This document shows, piece by piece, positions 30,193 through 39,045 of a stretch of 64,000 nt of DNA (the first letter of the stretch is position 1; every line of letters starts with the position of its first letter). The stretch is from Escherichia phage AV118: sequence record OR352948.1. One strand, 5' to 3'. Both the position numbers and the translations under genes were made by a program. Under the pieces are notes generated by a model that saw only the letters and a program-made list of their open reading frames with translations, did no database searches and was not told the DNA's origin.

Positions 30193-31157
30193 CCATCTTT
30201 ATCAGTTGAAATAAAATCTGCTACATAAAGAGCCGTACGTAATGATACATTGCGAAGACGAGATACGTTAGCCTTCATCCAGGACAATGCTTTGTACGTT
30301 TCTGCATCCGTCAGGCCACGTTTCTGCATCATGTCAGTAGATAATATTACATCTTCAACTCGAACCATAATCTCTTCATTAGAGTGTACTCCAAGGTCGA
30401 GATACACTGAACGAGATACTAAAGCTTGAAGGTGTGGAGCAAGTTTCGAACCCCGTTCTAACTCTTTATCGATATCAACGTTTGTAATGAAAACGATAGT
30501 ACCTTCAAACTCAAATTCTTTATCAATACCCTTATCCTCGAGATAAGATGACGCAGTGCTCCAACAAACTTTGCGTTTATCGCCGGTATCTAATGCTGCT
30601 TTAAGAAGGTTCAAGATGTCCATATCTGAGAATACGTCAACGTCGTCGATTAAGAGAACGCTGTCTGCATCACGGTTGAGCCAAAGTTGTTCGTAAAGGC
30701 CAATACCAGAGATTTTACCATTAATGCTTTTGTATTTGATGAAACCATTATCATTAGCGTTATTAAGTGCTTTATCCAGAGAATACGTCTTACCAATACC
30801 GGCTGCACCTGAAATAATGAGTGAACGAATTTTGCCATCGATAATGCCATTCGTCATCATGTTCATTACTTTAAAGCGTTTGTTGATACGAGTTTTCATA
30901 TCTTCAGTGCTTTCAATAACTGCAACTGGTGACGTCCCAACTCCTTCCATTACGATGTCTGATTTGAAGACCCATACTCCACGTTCAGAACCATCAATCA
31001 TAACGAAAATTTTACCATCACCTAAGTGGGAACATTCAGGATTAAGCTTTGCCGGGAACCATGTCTTTGTGGCAACATAAGAACCAGAGATTTCGTTATT
31101 ACGATAGATACCTTTTTTGATTTGAACGTTGAACATTTTATTCTCCAATTTACTCAT
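30156..31157 (-). CDS. AAA+/P-loop ATPase
   Basis: 333 aa; Walker A GAAGIGKT, Walker B VLLIDDVD. Confidence 0.7.
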   Translation of the reverse strand: MSKLENKMFNVQIKKGIYRNNEISGSYVATKTWFPAKLNPECSHLGDGKIFVMIDGSERGVWVFKSDIVMEGVGTSPVAVIESTEDMKTRINKRFKVMNMMTNGIIDGKIRSLIISGAAGIGKTYSLDKALNNANDNGFIKYKSINGKISGIGLYEQLWLNRDADSVLLIDDVDVFSDMDILNLLKAALDTGDKRKVCWSTASSYLEDKGIDKEFEFEGTIVFITNVDIDKELERGSKLAPHLQALVSRSVYLDLGVHSNEEIMVRVEDVILSTDMMQKRGLTDAETYKALSWMKANVSRLRNVSLRTALYVADFISTDKDGWEEISEVTLLK

Positions 31158-31174
31158 TTCGTTTCGATAGGTCT

Positions 31175-31203
31175 ATAATAACATGTTTAAAGCAAAAGTA
31201 AAC
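31175..31203 (-). promoter_or_regulatory. T4-early-type promoter GTTTAC-N17-TATTAT
   Basis: Palindromic promoter-family element. Confidence 0.5.
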
Positions 31204-31205
31204 AA

Positions 31206-31424
31206 TTATTTGCGACGAGATTTTTTGGTAAGAGGTTGAAAGAACACTGCTTTACCGGCTGGGGTTAAGGTGACCCGTAATGCATTACCGATTCCTAAGG
31301 ATGCTTTAACTAGACCTTTAGCTTTCAGTTCACCGAATGCTTGACATTGGTCTGCATCACGAGTGTTAACCATAAGACCTTTATCACCGGCTTCACGAAT
31401 CATTTCTAACATTTTGGTTTTCAT
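31206..31424 (-). CDS. hypothetical protein
   Basis: 72 aa from ATG 31424 (MKTKMLEM...), SD AGAGGAG. Confidence 0.5.
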   Translation of the reverse strand: MKTKMLEMIREAGDKGLMVNTRDADQCQAFGELKAKGLVKASLGIGNALRVTLTPAGKAVFFQPLTKKSRRK

Positions 31425-31452
31425 TTTGTTCTCCTCTTGTTTTGATAGGTCT

Positions 31453-31481
31453 ATAATAACATATCCTAAAAGCATGTACAC
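31453..31481 (-). promoter_or_regulatory. T4-early-type promoter (GTGTAC-N17-TATTAT)
   Basis: Palindromic promoter-family element, one -35 mismatch. Confidence 0.4.
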
Positions 31482-31529
31482 TACTTTTTAAAAATATTTT
31501 AACCCCCTAAAGGGACCCGAAGGCCCTTA

Positions 31530-32519
31530 TCATTTATAGTATGAATTGTGGTTTTCTAAGTAGACTTGTTCAAGGAAATCATCCCAGAAACTCATATCTA
31601 CTTTTTGTTGCATACCGTTCTTAGCGGCTTGTTCCGATGCTTGTTCAACTTGGTCAACGATATCTTCTAGGAATTCTTGTACAGTTTTAAACGTATGTTT
31701 ACCAAGCTTAACATCGAGAATAAATGGAGCATCCTGAAGTGGGTAAACCAGGTCGCCGGTTTTGTAAATTTCCAATAATTGAAGTCCACCACGACATGCA
31801 TGACTCAATGCTTTCCAGTCAATACCTTCGTTGGCTTCAGCCTTACGAGCACGTTCACCATAGTTCTCTTCCAGTTTAACCAGGATGGCATTGAACTCTT
31901 TGTTAGTTAACGTATCTTGGAATTTACGGTCCAACAGACTATAAAATGTTTGCTTACCTGTTTTCTCGTTTTCGGTTTCAACCCATGAAGCAAATTCACC
32001 TACAGGCAGAACATTCTTCATATGTGATAAACGAATTACTGCACCATTATCAAAGTATTGTCCCCATTCATTAGAACGTTTAAGGGCTTGACGAAGAACA
32101 GCCAGTCGAGAACCCTTGACACCGTATTTAGAAGCTTGCTTACGGACATACCCTAAATAAGATTTCATGTTAGTAGTATAGAAACGAGACCTGTTATCTT
32201 GAATATACTTCCATACATCAGGCAAATCAGATTTAACTACTAGACTTTGTGGAGTGTGAAGCATATCTAATGCGACGGTTTCACCATCCGCAGCTAGTTT
32301 AAAGAAATATTTGAGACTGTACAACTCATGGTCCACGTCGTCTTTTGTGTTCTTAGAAGATGTGTTATTCGTGTTCTTGCTCATGTGTTCTTTAACGTTA
32401 CCGGTCAAAATATCACGAGCATGAGGGACATAAATTTCTTTAAAATCGATGTCAGATTCAGGAGTAGACGTTCCATAAAGGTGGCTGCCAAAGTAGCCTT
32501 TCATAATTGTTTTCATCAT
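31530..32519 (-). CDS. nucleotidyltransferase-fold (Pol-beta-like) protein
   Basis: 329 aa; N-terminal GSHLYGTSTPESDIDF matches hG[GS]x9-13DhD NTase motif. Confidence 0.6.
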   Translation of the reverse strand: MMKTIMKGYFGSHLYGTSTPESDIDFKEIYVPHARDILTGNVKEHMSKNTNNTSSKNTKDDVDHELYSLKYFFKLAADGETVALDMLHTPQSLVVKSDLPDVWKYIQDNRSRFYTTNMKSYLGYVRKQASKYGVKGSRLAVLRQALKRSNEWGQYFDNGAVIRLSHMKNVLPVGEFASWVETENEKTGKQTFYSLLDRKFQDTLTNKEFNAILVKLEENYGERARKAEANEGIDWKALSHACRGGLQLLEIYKTGDLVYPLQDAPFILDVKLGKHTFKTVQEFLEDIVDQVEQASEQAAKNGMQQKVDMSFWDDFLEQVYLENHNSYYK

Positions 32520-32989
32520 TTAGCCTTATATTCAAGAGTAGGACAGACTTTTTCTTTACGAGCTTTAAGGTATTCGCCTATTAATGATTTCTTACGTTCA
32601 ATAGGCTCAAGTCCATTTTTAATTCGTTCTTGGTTTTGTGCAATGAGCTCAATTTCTTTATAATATTTTCTGTCGTTATATTTGTCTAACAACCAAGACG
32701 GACCAATTACCAACCCGGTAGCAATAAAAGCCATGACTGCTACCATTAAAATGCCTACACCAATTGAAGCTGGAACTAATGTCCATAGACTGCTAAAAAC
32801 AAAGAATTTAGTTAAAATTTCCTGGCCAATGATTGTGACTGCTGCTAAAATAGCAAATCCAATAATTGAAACGGCCAATACCGGGATTAACGTTTTCCAA
32901 AAATAAGCACACAACGTTTTCGGCCGATTCCATGTACTATTGAACGCGGCATAAATTTTAAAATGCCAAGAGTTTTCATTGATAATCAT
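32516..32989 (-). CDS. integral membrane protein
   Basis: 157 aa; at least three hydrophobic helices. Confidence 0.55.
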   Translation of the reverse strand: MIINENSWHFKIYAAFNSTWNRPKTLCAYFWKTLIPVLAVSIIGFAILAAVTIIGQEILTKFFVFSSLWTLVPASIGVGILMVAVMAFIATGLVIGPSWLLDKYNDRKYYKEIELIAQNQERIKNGLEPIERKKSLIGEYLKARKEKVCPTLEYKAK

Positions 32990-32998
32990 AATAATTCC

Positions 32999-33529
32999 TT
33001 ATTTCAAAGTCGGGATAATGGAATCAAGATAAGCTTTAAGAGCAACTGCTTCATCTTTGTCTAATGTAATGATATGTTGACGAAGGTCATCAATTTGACG
33101 AATAACTACGACATCACCGTCTTCATAAGAAGGATTAACGCCTAGGACTGTTGTATAGTCAGGGCGGTCCTGATTTGTAATAAAAGCATTACGGCATTTA
33201 GCCCATTGAAGTTTGGCCTTTTTGGCTGTTTCAGATTCAATGAATTCTTTCACCTTAGCGACAAATGTTTTCCAATTATTAATATAAAAACATTCATCTT
33301 CGGTTTCGATATTAACCCCACTATAAAGTCCGTGATAAAAACGAACTTGAAGGTCTTCATCAATGTTAATTACAGATGCATGACCAGGTGGATTGAGTTT
33401 CAAAATCTTGTCTAGTTCCATAGGAAGAATAGTAACAACATCATCTTCTTGCGTCAGAACATACGCATAACCACGTTTTTCGATACATAAATCGCCAAAC
33501 AACTCGGTTGTTTCAATTACAGTTTTCAT
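32999..33529 (-). CDS. hypothetical protein
   Basis: 176 aa from ATG 33529 (MKTVIET...). Confidence 0.55.
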   Translation of the reverse strand: MKTVIETTELFGDLCIEKRGYAYVLTQEDDVVTILPMELDKILKLNPPGHASVINIDEDLQVRFYHGLYSGVNIETEDECFYINNWKTFVAKVKEFIESETAKKAKLQWAKCRNAFITNQDRPDYTTVLGVNPSYEDGDVVVIRQIDDLRQHIITLDKDEAVALKAYLDSIIPTLK

Positions 33530-33530
33530 A

Positions 33531-33710
33531 TTATTCACCAATTAAAGTTTCAACAAAATTCACCAAAGCATCCTGGCAAGCATCAACCTGATTTTCATAA
33601 AAGTCTCCGTTATCATTTACCGCGTGATAAGCTACAACATTCAAATCTGAATCGGCTTCACGTAGGTCACGGATAAGGTCCATCAATTTATTAGCTTGTT
33701 CACGGGTCAT
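33531..33710 (-). CDS. small hypothetical protein (59 aa)
   Basis: Manual translation MTREQANKLMDLIRDLREADSDL...; below ORF-track cutoff. Confidence 0.35.
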   Translation of the reverse strand: MTREQANKLMDLIRDLREADSDLNVVAYHAVNDNGDFYENQVDACQDALVNFVETLIGE

Positions 33711-33845
33711 TTTACCATACTCGTTTCAATAAGATTCACTATGCCGTTTACCATGTTATAAGTAAACATCGGATAATTGTATTGTATCACAACGTATACG
33801 ATAAGCAAAAGTTTCATTTTGTTCTCCATTTGTTTTGATAGGACT

Positions 33846-33874
33846 ACTATAACATAGTCCTATCAAGATGTAAA
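33846..33874 (-). promoter_or_regulatory. T4-early-type promoter TTTACA-N17-TATAGT inside inverted repeat GATAGGACTA/TAGTCCTATC
   Basis: Palindromic promoter-family element. Confidence 0.5.
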
Positions 33875-34081
33875 CTACCGATTATGTTTTAAATGTTGAT
33901 AAAGTTCTTCAACTTGTTTAGGGTCCAAAACAATTAGGTCATTTTCTTGGCGAAGATAAATCCATCCCTTATCTCCAGGACCATTTTTACAAAACATCAC
34001 CGCCATATCATCATCTTCAGCGCTTTCAGGTAAAAGTTCAAGTACACCGTCTTCAGATTTTCCAGTATAATCGTAAAGCAT
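33875..34081 (-). CDS. hypothetical protein
   Basis: 68 aa from ATG 34081, SD GAGGA. Confidence 0.45.
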   Translation of the reverse strand: MLYDYTGKSEDGVLELLPESAEDDDMAVMFCKNGPGDKGWIYLRQENDLIVLDPKQVEELYQHLKHNR

Positions 34082-34088
34082 AATATCC

Positions 34089-34268
34089 TCACATAATCTC
34101 GTTAACATACATTTGCAATTCGGTGTGGGCGTCAGCCATCTTTTTCATAGCTCTGTTAATGTCGATGTCTCCATCTTCGCAACCATGAGCATTTTCCCAA
34201 TCAGATACCGCATTAGCGTACTCTTCAATCAAAAACATTAACTTAGAAATTTTTTCTTTACGTGACAT
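34089..34268 (-). CDS. hypothetical protein
   Basis: 59 aa from ATG 34268 (MSRKEKIS...), SD AGAGGAG. Confidence 0.45.
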   Translation of the reverse strand: MSRKEKISKLMFLIEEYANAVSDWENAHGCEDGDIDINRAMKKMADAHTELQMYVNEIM

Positions 34269-34295
34269 AACGTTCTCCTCTAGTAAGTAAGGTTT

Positions 34296-34324
34296 ACTAT
34301 AACACAACCTGAGGAGAAGTAAAC
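34296..34324 (-). promoter_or_regulatory. T4-early-type promoter GTTTAC-N17-TATAGT
   Basis: Palindromic promoter-family element. Confidence 0.5.
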
Positions 34325-34333
34325 TGATAGATG

Positions 34334-34363
34334 CCAAAAAGCCCCGACCTTTCGGAAGGGGCT
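34334..34363 (-). terminator. intrinsic terminator hairpin + U-run
   Basis: AGCCCC...GGGGCT stem with GAAA-type loop followed by T5 on minus strand; 34-bp element identical to 49455..49488. Confidence 0.55.
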
Positions 34364-34369
34364 AGTAAA

Positions 34370-34672
34370 TTAGATAGATGTAGGCTCTAATTTTATTTTC
34401 ATGAACTCGGCAAATTGTCTGGCAGTTTTTATGCCTTGTTCATGACATTCAAATGCATCATCACAGGGACTATTTTTGTAATGCTTTGCCATATACTTAT
34501 AGAATTTTTCAGAATTCTCGACATTTTGAATTTCAAACAAAGTATATACGTTTTTAATCCCTGATTCCATAAAGTTATCAAAATATGGGTCGATATATGC
34601 AGTACCAACGATAGGAGTTGTTGCTGCAAAAAACCCCAGCATCGCCATGACAGCTATCGCTCTTAAGGCCAT
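34370..34672 (-). CDS. rI: lysis-inhibition regulator RI-like periplasmic protein
   Basis: 100 aa; N-terminal signal/anchor MALRAIAVMAMLGFFAA; position next to tk as T4 rI. Confidence 0.6.
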   Translation of the reverse strand: MALRAIAVMAMLGFFAATTPIVGTAYIDPYFDNFMESGIKNVYTLFEIQNVENSEKFYKYMAKHYKNSPCDDAFECHEQGIKTARQFAEFMKIKLEPTSI

Positions 34673-34684
34673 ATAGGCCTCCTG

Positions 34685-34897
34685 TTAATTTTGGCCAGTA
34701 TTTATTTTTCGCCTTTGGACGGCCTTAACATCTGTGAGGTATTTTTCCAGCTTGCGCTTGCGTGTATAATCAGCTTTAGAACCAGTTTGACGGATATCCT
34801 CGTTTAAATGAGAAATAGAATGTCCTAATTCTCTTCGGATTTCATCCAATTGGGTTACAGTAAGATTACGAAGTTGTCTTTCGTTTAATTGCTGCAT
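34685..34897 (-). CDS. hypothetical protein
   Basis: 70-aa ORF between tk and rI. Confidence 0.5.
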   Translation of the reverse strand: MQQLNERQLRNLTVTQLDEIRRELGHSISHLNEDIRQTGSKADYTRKRKLEKYLTDVKAVQRRKINTGQN

Positions 34898-34924
34898 ATA
34901 TACCTCTTGGTTAGATATTAGTAT

Positions 34925-35506
34925 TTATAACAACCCTGTCAAATCGTTCCAATGCTTCCGGCATAATGACACATATCTATCGGTATCACCAATTTCAATT
35001 TGACTGCCATCTGTAATTGGAAGTCCGTCTTCCGTGACTCTAGCTACCATTGTGGCCTTTTTACCACAATGACAAACACCTTTAAGTTCAACAAGTTTAT
35101 CGGCAATAGCCATTAATGCTTGAGAACCTTCAAATAGATTACCTTTAAAATCTGTTCGTAGTCCATATGCCATTACCGGCACATTGTACACGTCAACAAT
35201 ACGACTAAGTTGATACACCTTTTCAGTAGTTAAGAACTGAGCTTCGTCAACAAATACACAATGAATATCCTTTTGTGCTGCAGCCCATTTATAAAATTCA
35301 AAGATATCCATGTCTTTTGTAATTATATTGGCATCCTGACGAATACCAATACGAGAGACTATTTCACCTTTTGAATCACGAGTATCAATAGCCGGTTTAA
35401 GAACTAATACACCCATGCCACGTTCTTTATAGTTATGTGCGGCAGTAAGTAATGAAGCAGACTTACCAGCGTTCATAGCGGCATAGGTAAAAATTAAACT
35501 AGCCAT
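34925..35506 (-). CDS. tk: thymidine kinase
   Basis: 193 aa; P-loop NAGKSASL, Zn-binding CHCGKKA...C motifs. Confidence 0.95.
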   Translation of the reverse strand: MASLIFTYAAMNAGKSASLLTAAHNYKERGMGVLVLKPAIDTRDSKGEIVSRIGIRQDANIITKDMDIFEFYKWAAAQKDIHCVFVDEAQFLTTEKVYQLSRIVDVYNVPVMAYGLRTDFKGNLFEGSQALMAIADKLVELKGVCHCGKKATMVARVTEDGLPITDGSQIEIGDTDRYVSLCRKHWNDLTGLL

Positions 35507-35515
35507 AAGAGTCCC

Positions 35516-35698
35516 TTATAGTGAATTCACGTAGTCAATGAGTTCTTGTTCTTTCCTGTCAAATGATTCCAACAATGCTTGATATTCTTCGTCCGTCAAA
35601 GGAGCATATTCATCATACGCATTGGTGGCTGCTTGCTCATCCAATAGGTCATGGATAAGTTCAAACAGTTTAGTTTTCTCTTCTTTAGTCAATTTCAT
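35516..35698 (-). CDS. hypothetical acidic protein
   Basis: 60-aa ORF. Confidence 0.45.
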   Translation of the reverse strand: MKLTKEEKTKLFELIHDLLDEQAATNAYDEYAPLTDEEYQALLESFDRKEQELIDYVNSL

Positions 35699-35922
35699 TT
35701 AGGTTCACCTTCTTTAACGAAATCTGGGTAAGGGTAAAATCCTGAGTAAAACCCTTCACCTTTATGATTGCTACAACCTTTGTTCGAACAGTAACACCAA
35801 TAATCAAAATCACAAGCCATTTCGTCATTGCATAAAGCAAAAACTACAGGCCATTCGCATTTTTCGCATTTAGCACCTGTAAGAATTTTTGTTTGACTCA
35901 TAGCCATGTCACCTTTAAGCAA
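35695..35922 (-). CDS. Cys-rich small protein (putative Zn-binding)
   Basis: 75 aa with about 10 Cys (CEKCEW, CYCSNKGC). Confidence 0.5.
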   Translation of the reverse strand: MLKGDMAMSQTKILTGAKCEKCEWPVVFALCNDEMACDFDYWCYCSNKGCSNHKGEGFYSGFYPYPDFVKEGEPK

Positions 35923-36125
35923 TATTCTTCTACATGTTGTTTACGGCCTTTCTTATCAATAAAGGTATATTCAACGAATGTTCCGATGTAGTCTTTATCT
36001 ACATCATGTGGACTATTAATTGGACATTTAGTACGACAAATGCGTTCCCATTGACGAATAATTACTGCCTTATTCTTTGGATCATATGGATGTGGATAAT
36101 GTATATTCATAATAACGGTTCCCAA
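35898..36125 (-). CDS. hypothetical protein
   Basis: 75-aa ORF. Confidence 0.45.
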   Translation of the reverse strand: MGTVIMNIHYPHPYDPKNKAVIIRQWERICRTKCPINSPHDVDKDYIGTFVEYTFIDKKGRKQHVEEYCLKVTWL

Positions 36126-36604
36126 TCAACAATCACAATTTCTAGTTTAGTGGAATACGTATCTAAAATCTCTTCGATGACATCCCAGTTTCCACCACCA
36201 ATACCTGCACCAATTCTTGGCATATAAATTACAGGCTTTGTTATCTTATTCTTTCCGAATTCATTTAATTCTATTATACAATTCATTAAAGCAGAGTACT
36301 CAAAATTAGGTCCCGGCTCAAACTGTGTATAAAGATTAAAGCAATAAGCTTTATGGGTCTTAAAATATTTTTCATAAACCGAATAAGTCCCGAGTTTAGA
36401 CTTGTCTCCGAATTCGGTTTGAAGTTTATCGGCTTCTAAAATTTTTGGATAAGCCTTTGCTAATTGGCCTGCTACACCGGCGCCCATTGTATGAAAACAA
36501 TTACACCCATGAGCAATATTATTACCTTTAGAAAACAGGGCGACAATATCGCCCTTGATATAGTTTTTAATCACTTGCTGCAAGTCCTCTATTATAAGAG
36601 TCAA
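36107..36604 (-). CDS. macro-domain protein (ADP-ribose binding/processing)
   Basis: 165 aa; GDIVAL...HGCNCFHTMGAGVAGQLA and YMPRIGAGIGGG motifs typical of macro domains. Confidence 0.6.
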   Translation of the reverse strand: MTLIIEDLQQVIKNYIKGDIVALFSKGNNIAHGCNCFHTMGAGVAGQLAKAYPKILEADKLQTEFGDKSKLGTYSVYEKYFKTHKAYCFNLYTQFEPGPNFEYSALMNCIIELNEFGKNKITKPVIYMPRIGAGIGGGNWDVIEEILDTYSTKLEIVIVDWEPLL

Positions 36605-36914
36605 CTAGACGGTCCACCATAGAATTGCATGCTGCCTTATCTTTAGGTTCCGCCACCGAGCATTCTAATATTTGCCATTTTTTATAGTATCTTTTAATTA
36701 AGGTAGACGCCTTGAACCTACTAGACGCCCCATCTTTTTCTCCGTCTTTATACGCGTATAACAATTTTTGTGAAAAATCTACTTTACACTCTTGACTTTT
36801 ACCACAATAATCAGACGCCGTTCTGTTTGTATACTCCGTTACATCAGTATATGTAGTATTAGCAAGAGCGTTAAATGAAACCAAGCTAACTATTAAAGCC
36901 AACATTTTGGTCAT
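36567..36914 (-). CDS. secreted/periplasmic protein with signal peptide
   Basis: 115 aa; N-terminal MTKMLALIVSLVSFNALA signal-like segment, 4 Cys. Confidence 0.5.
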   Translation of the reverse strand: MTKMLALIVSLVSFNALANTTYTDVTEYTNRTASDYCGKSQECKVDFSQKLLYAYKDGEKDGASSRFKASTLIKRYYKKWQILECSVAEPKDKAACNSMVDRLVDSYNRGLAASD

Positions 36915-37453
36915 TCTTTTATTTCCAGTAGTTTATTTGATTTAAGGTAATTAGCCTTTTCTAGGACTTCAGAAGCATATTTACTTCCAGCACTTGTCTT
37001 CCATCCTGCATTATATGAGGATATAGCTTTTCTTATATCCCCATTATGTATATTTAACCAATAAGAAAATTCGATATAAGCCCATCTGGCTGAATTAGAC
37101 CGCTTAGATAGCATTTTCTTAATTTGGGCATCAGACATATTATAACCAAGCTGGTTAATTCTTGCCCTCATTGTTGGTAGATAATTTTGGAACATTCCAT
37201 ACGCATGGTGACCTTTCTTATCTTTAAGATTAATACCGGCAGATGATTCCTGCCATAGTATTGCGGCCATTATGTATCCAAGTCCTTTCTTATGCATATT
37301 TTCATGCGTTTTAAATTTTCCGTCCTTAGAAAACTGTTCCCCAAACTGATAAGCATAATTCAAGTTATCGAGTTGGACATTACTAAAAGTATGCTCGGAG
37401 CTATGTGCTGATAACGAAAGAGCAAATAGACCAGCGAGTAGTGCTTTTCTCAT
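36911..37453 (-). CDS. secreted lytic transglycosylase (SLT domain)
   Basis: 180 aa; signal peptide MRKALLAGLFALSLSAHS; catalytic-region motif AAILWQESSAG...YGMFQ. Confidence 0.7.
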   Translation of the reverse strand: MRKALLAGLFALSLSAHSSEHTFSNVQLDNLNYAYQFGEQFSKDGKFKTHENMHKKGLGYIMAAILWQESSAGINLKDKKGHHAYGMFQNYLPTMRARINQLGYNMSDAQIKKMLSKRSNSARWAYIEFSYWLNIHNGDIRKAISSYNAGWKTSAGSKYASEVLEKANYLKSNKLLEIKE

Positions 37454-37461
37454 GTTTACCT

Positions 37462-37920
37462 CTAGATTTTAATCACTGCTTTAGAAGCTTTTCCTGGTAG
37501 TCGTTTACTGTTAATAATAGCCATTCTACATTGAAGAGTCTTCATTTTGAATGCCGGATTTTCGCGACAAACTGTAAGTCCTAACCAAAGATTTCCGTCA
37601 GTTATTTCTAAACGGCCTGGGCGATATTCGACACCTTCGACAAAATCTTCATCAACATCCGGACGTGCCGGCATTGATAAAAATTCTGCAACTTCTTTAA
37701 CGTGATTTTTTACTTTATGAAATAATTCAAAAACGTAATTCTCATCTATTTCTCTCTGGATGGCACGATCTAAGAGATGTTGAGAATACTTGATATGAAA
37801 GCCTGGTAGTCCAAGAGACTTTGCAGCATCTTTTATACCGGCATTTATTTTGCGGAACTCCGTTTCAAAGATTCGACGGAGTTTATTACGGCGGATAAAA
37901 ACATCCGAATTGATAGTCAT
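37462..37920 (-). CDS. regB: endoribonuclease RegB
   Basis: 152 aa; sequence/size as T4 RegB, position relative to tk and e. Confidence 0.75.
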   Translation of the reverse strand: MTINSDVFIRRNKLRRIFETEFRKINAGIKDAAKSLGLPGFHIKYSQHLLDRAIQREIDENYVFELFHKVKNHVKEVAEFLSMPARPDVDEDFVEGVEYRPGRLEITDGNLWLGLTVCRENPAFKMKTLQCRMAIINSKRLPGKASKAVIKI

Positions 37921-37948
37921 TTTGATTTCTCCTCTAGTTGACAGGTCT

Positions 37949-37977
37949 ATAGTAACACAACTAGAGGAGAAGTAAAC
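37949..37977 (-). promoter_or_regulatory. T4-early-type promoter GTTTAC-N17-TACTAT
   Basis: Palindromic promoter-family element. Confidence 0.5.
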
Positions 37978-37981
37978 TACT

Positions 37982-38197
37982 TTATTGATAAAATGGAGTT
38001 AAAGCCCAGGATTCTTTAGATACTATATTGGCGAAATGCCTCATCTCTTCGATTTGGCGACGACGCTGGTCAGCATAGTCTTCTTCGCCTTCTTCCTTAC
38101 AGTCTTCAAGGTCTTCTTCAAGATACTTTAAGTATTCACTACAAATTTTGTTGACCTTTTCTTGGAAGTCCAATAACCCAGTAATAGTAGAAGCCAT
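37982..38197 (-). CDS. hypothetical protein
   Basis: 71-aa ORF. Confidence 0.45.
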   Translation of the reverse strand: MASTITGLLDFQEKVNKICSEYLKYLEEDLEDCKEEGEEDYADQRRRQIEEMRHFANIVSKESWALTPFYQ

Positions 38198-38463
38198 TAG
38201 TATTTTTCCTCAGGTCGAAATACCGCACGACATGCCCACATACTGGCTTCTTTTAGATGTTGCTTAGCGTACTTAAGAGCCTGCACTGCATCCATATCTT
38301 CTTTGGTTTGTTGCTCTGTTTCATTTTCTTTCAAGATATATGCTTCTTCAATCAGAGCATCAAACAACAATCCAAGACGGACTTCAGCATCTTTAATAGC
38401 GTTCACTTTACCAATTTTATCATCGGTATGCGGCTTGTAACCTTTAATATCTTCAATCGACAT
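38197..38463 (-). CDS. hypothetical protein
   Basis: 88 aa from ATG 38463 (MSIEDIKG...), SD GAGGAAA; ORF-track extension overlaps upstream gene. Confidence 0.45.
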   Translation of the reverse strand: MSIEDIKGYKPHTDDKIGKVNAIKDAEVRLGLLFDALIEEAYILKENETEQQTKEDMDAVQALKYAKQHLKEASMWACRAVFRPEEKY

Positions 38464-38677
38464 AAGGAATTTCCTCATCTGTGGCAAGGTCATATTCGAC
38501 CAATTGGATAGGCTCATTAATACCATATCCACGTACAGTGATATCAGTTGTCGGATAGTTTCCAGTAATATCACCCGTTCTAAATGCTTCAATGAATGAT
38601 TGCTCGCCTGAGCAACTAAACCAGGCGGCAAAACATTTTAAAACATCTTCAGACCCTTCTATAATCAATTTAGCCAT
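38453..38677 (-). CDS. hypothetical protein
   Basis: 74-aa ORF. Confidence 0.45.
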   Translation of the reverse strand: MAKLIIEGSEDVLKCFAAWFSCSGEQSFIEAFRTGDITGNYPTTDITVRGYGINEPIQLVEYDLATDEEIPYVD

Positions 38678-39039
38678 TATAGACTCTCAGTAAAGGTACG
38701 AGCGATAACGTCGCGTTGCTGTTCCGGAGTCAGAGAGTTAAAGCGAACTGCATATCCGGATACACGGATGGTCAGCTGCGGATATTTTTCTGGATGCTTA
38801 ACTGCATCTTCCAAAGTTTCACGACGCAGAACGTTAACGTTCAGATGTTGACCACCTTCAATTTTAACTTTAGGTTGATGTTCAATTTCAATTTCACGGG
38901 CATTCAAACCGTAGAAAATTTCCGGGTCTACAATAGCGTCTTCTTTAAAAGTCTTAGAGACAATAATCCGGGCTTGAGTACCGTCTTCAAAATAAATAGT
39001 GCCTTTATGTGCACCTTCAAGAATTTGATATGCTTTCAT
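38677..39039 (-). CDS. hypothetical protein
   Basis: 120-aa ORF. Confidence 0.5.
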   Translation of the reverse strand: MKAYQILEGAHKGTIYFEDGTQARIIVSKTFKEDAIVDPEIFYGLNAREIEIEHQPKVKIEGGQHLNVNVLRRETLEDAVKHPEKYPQLTIRVSGYAVRFNSLTPEQQRDVIARTFTESL

Positions 39040-39045
39040 ATAACC

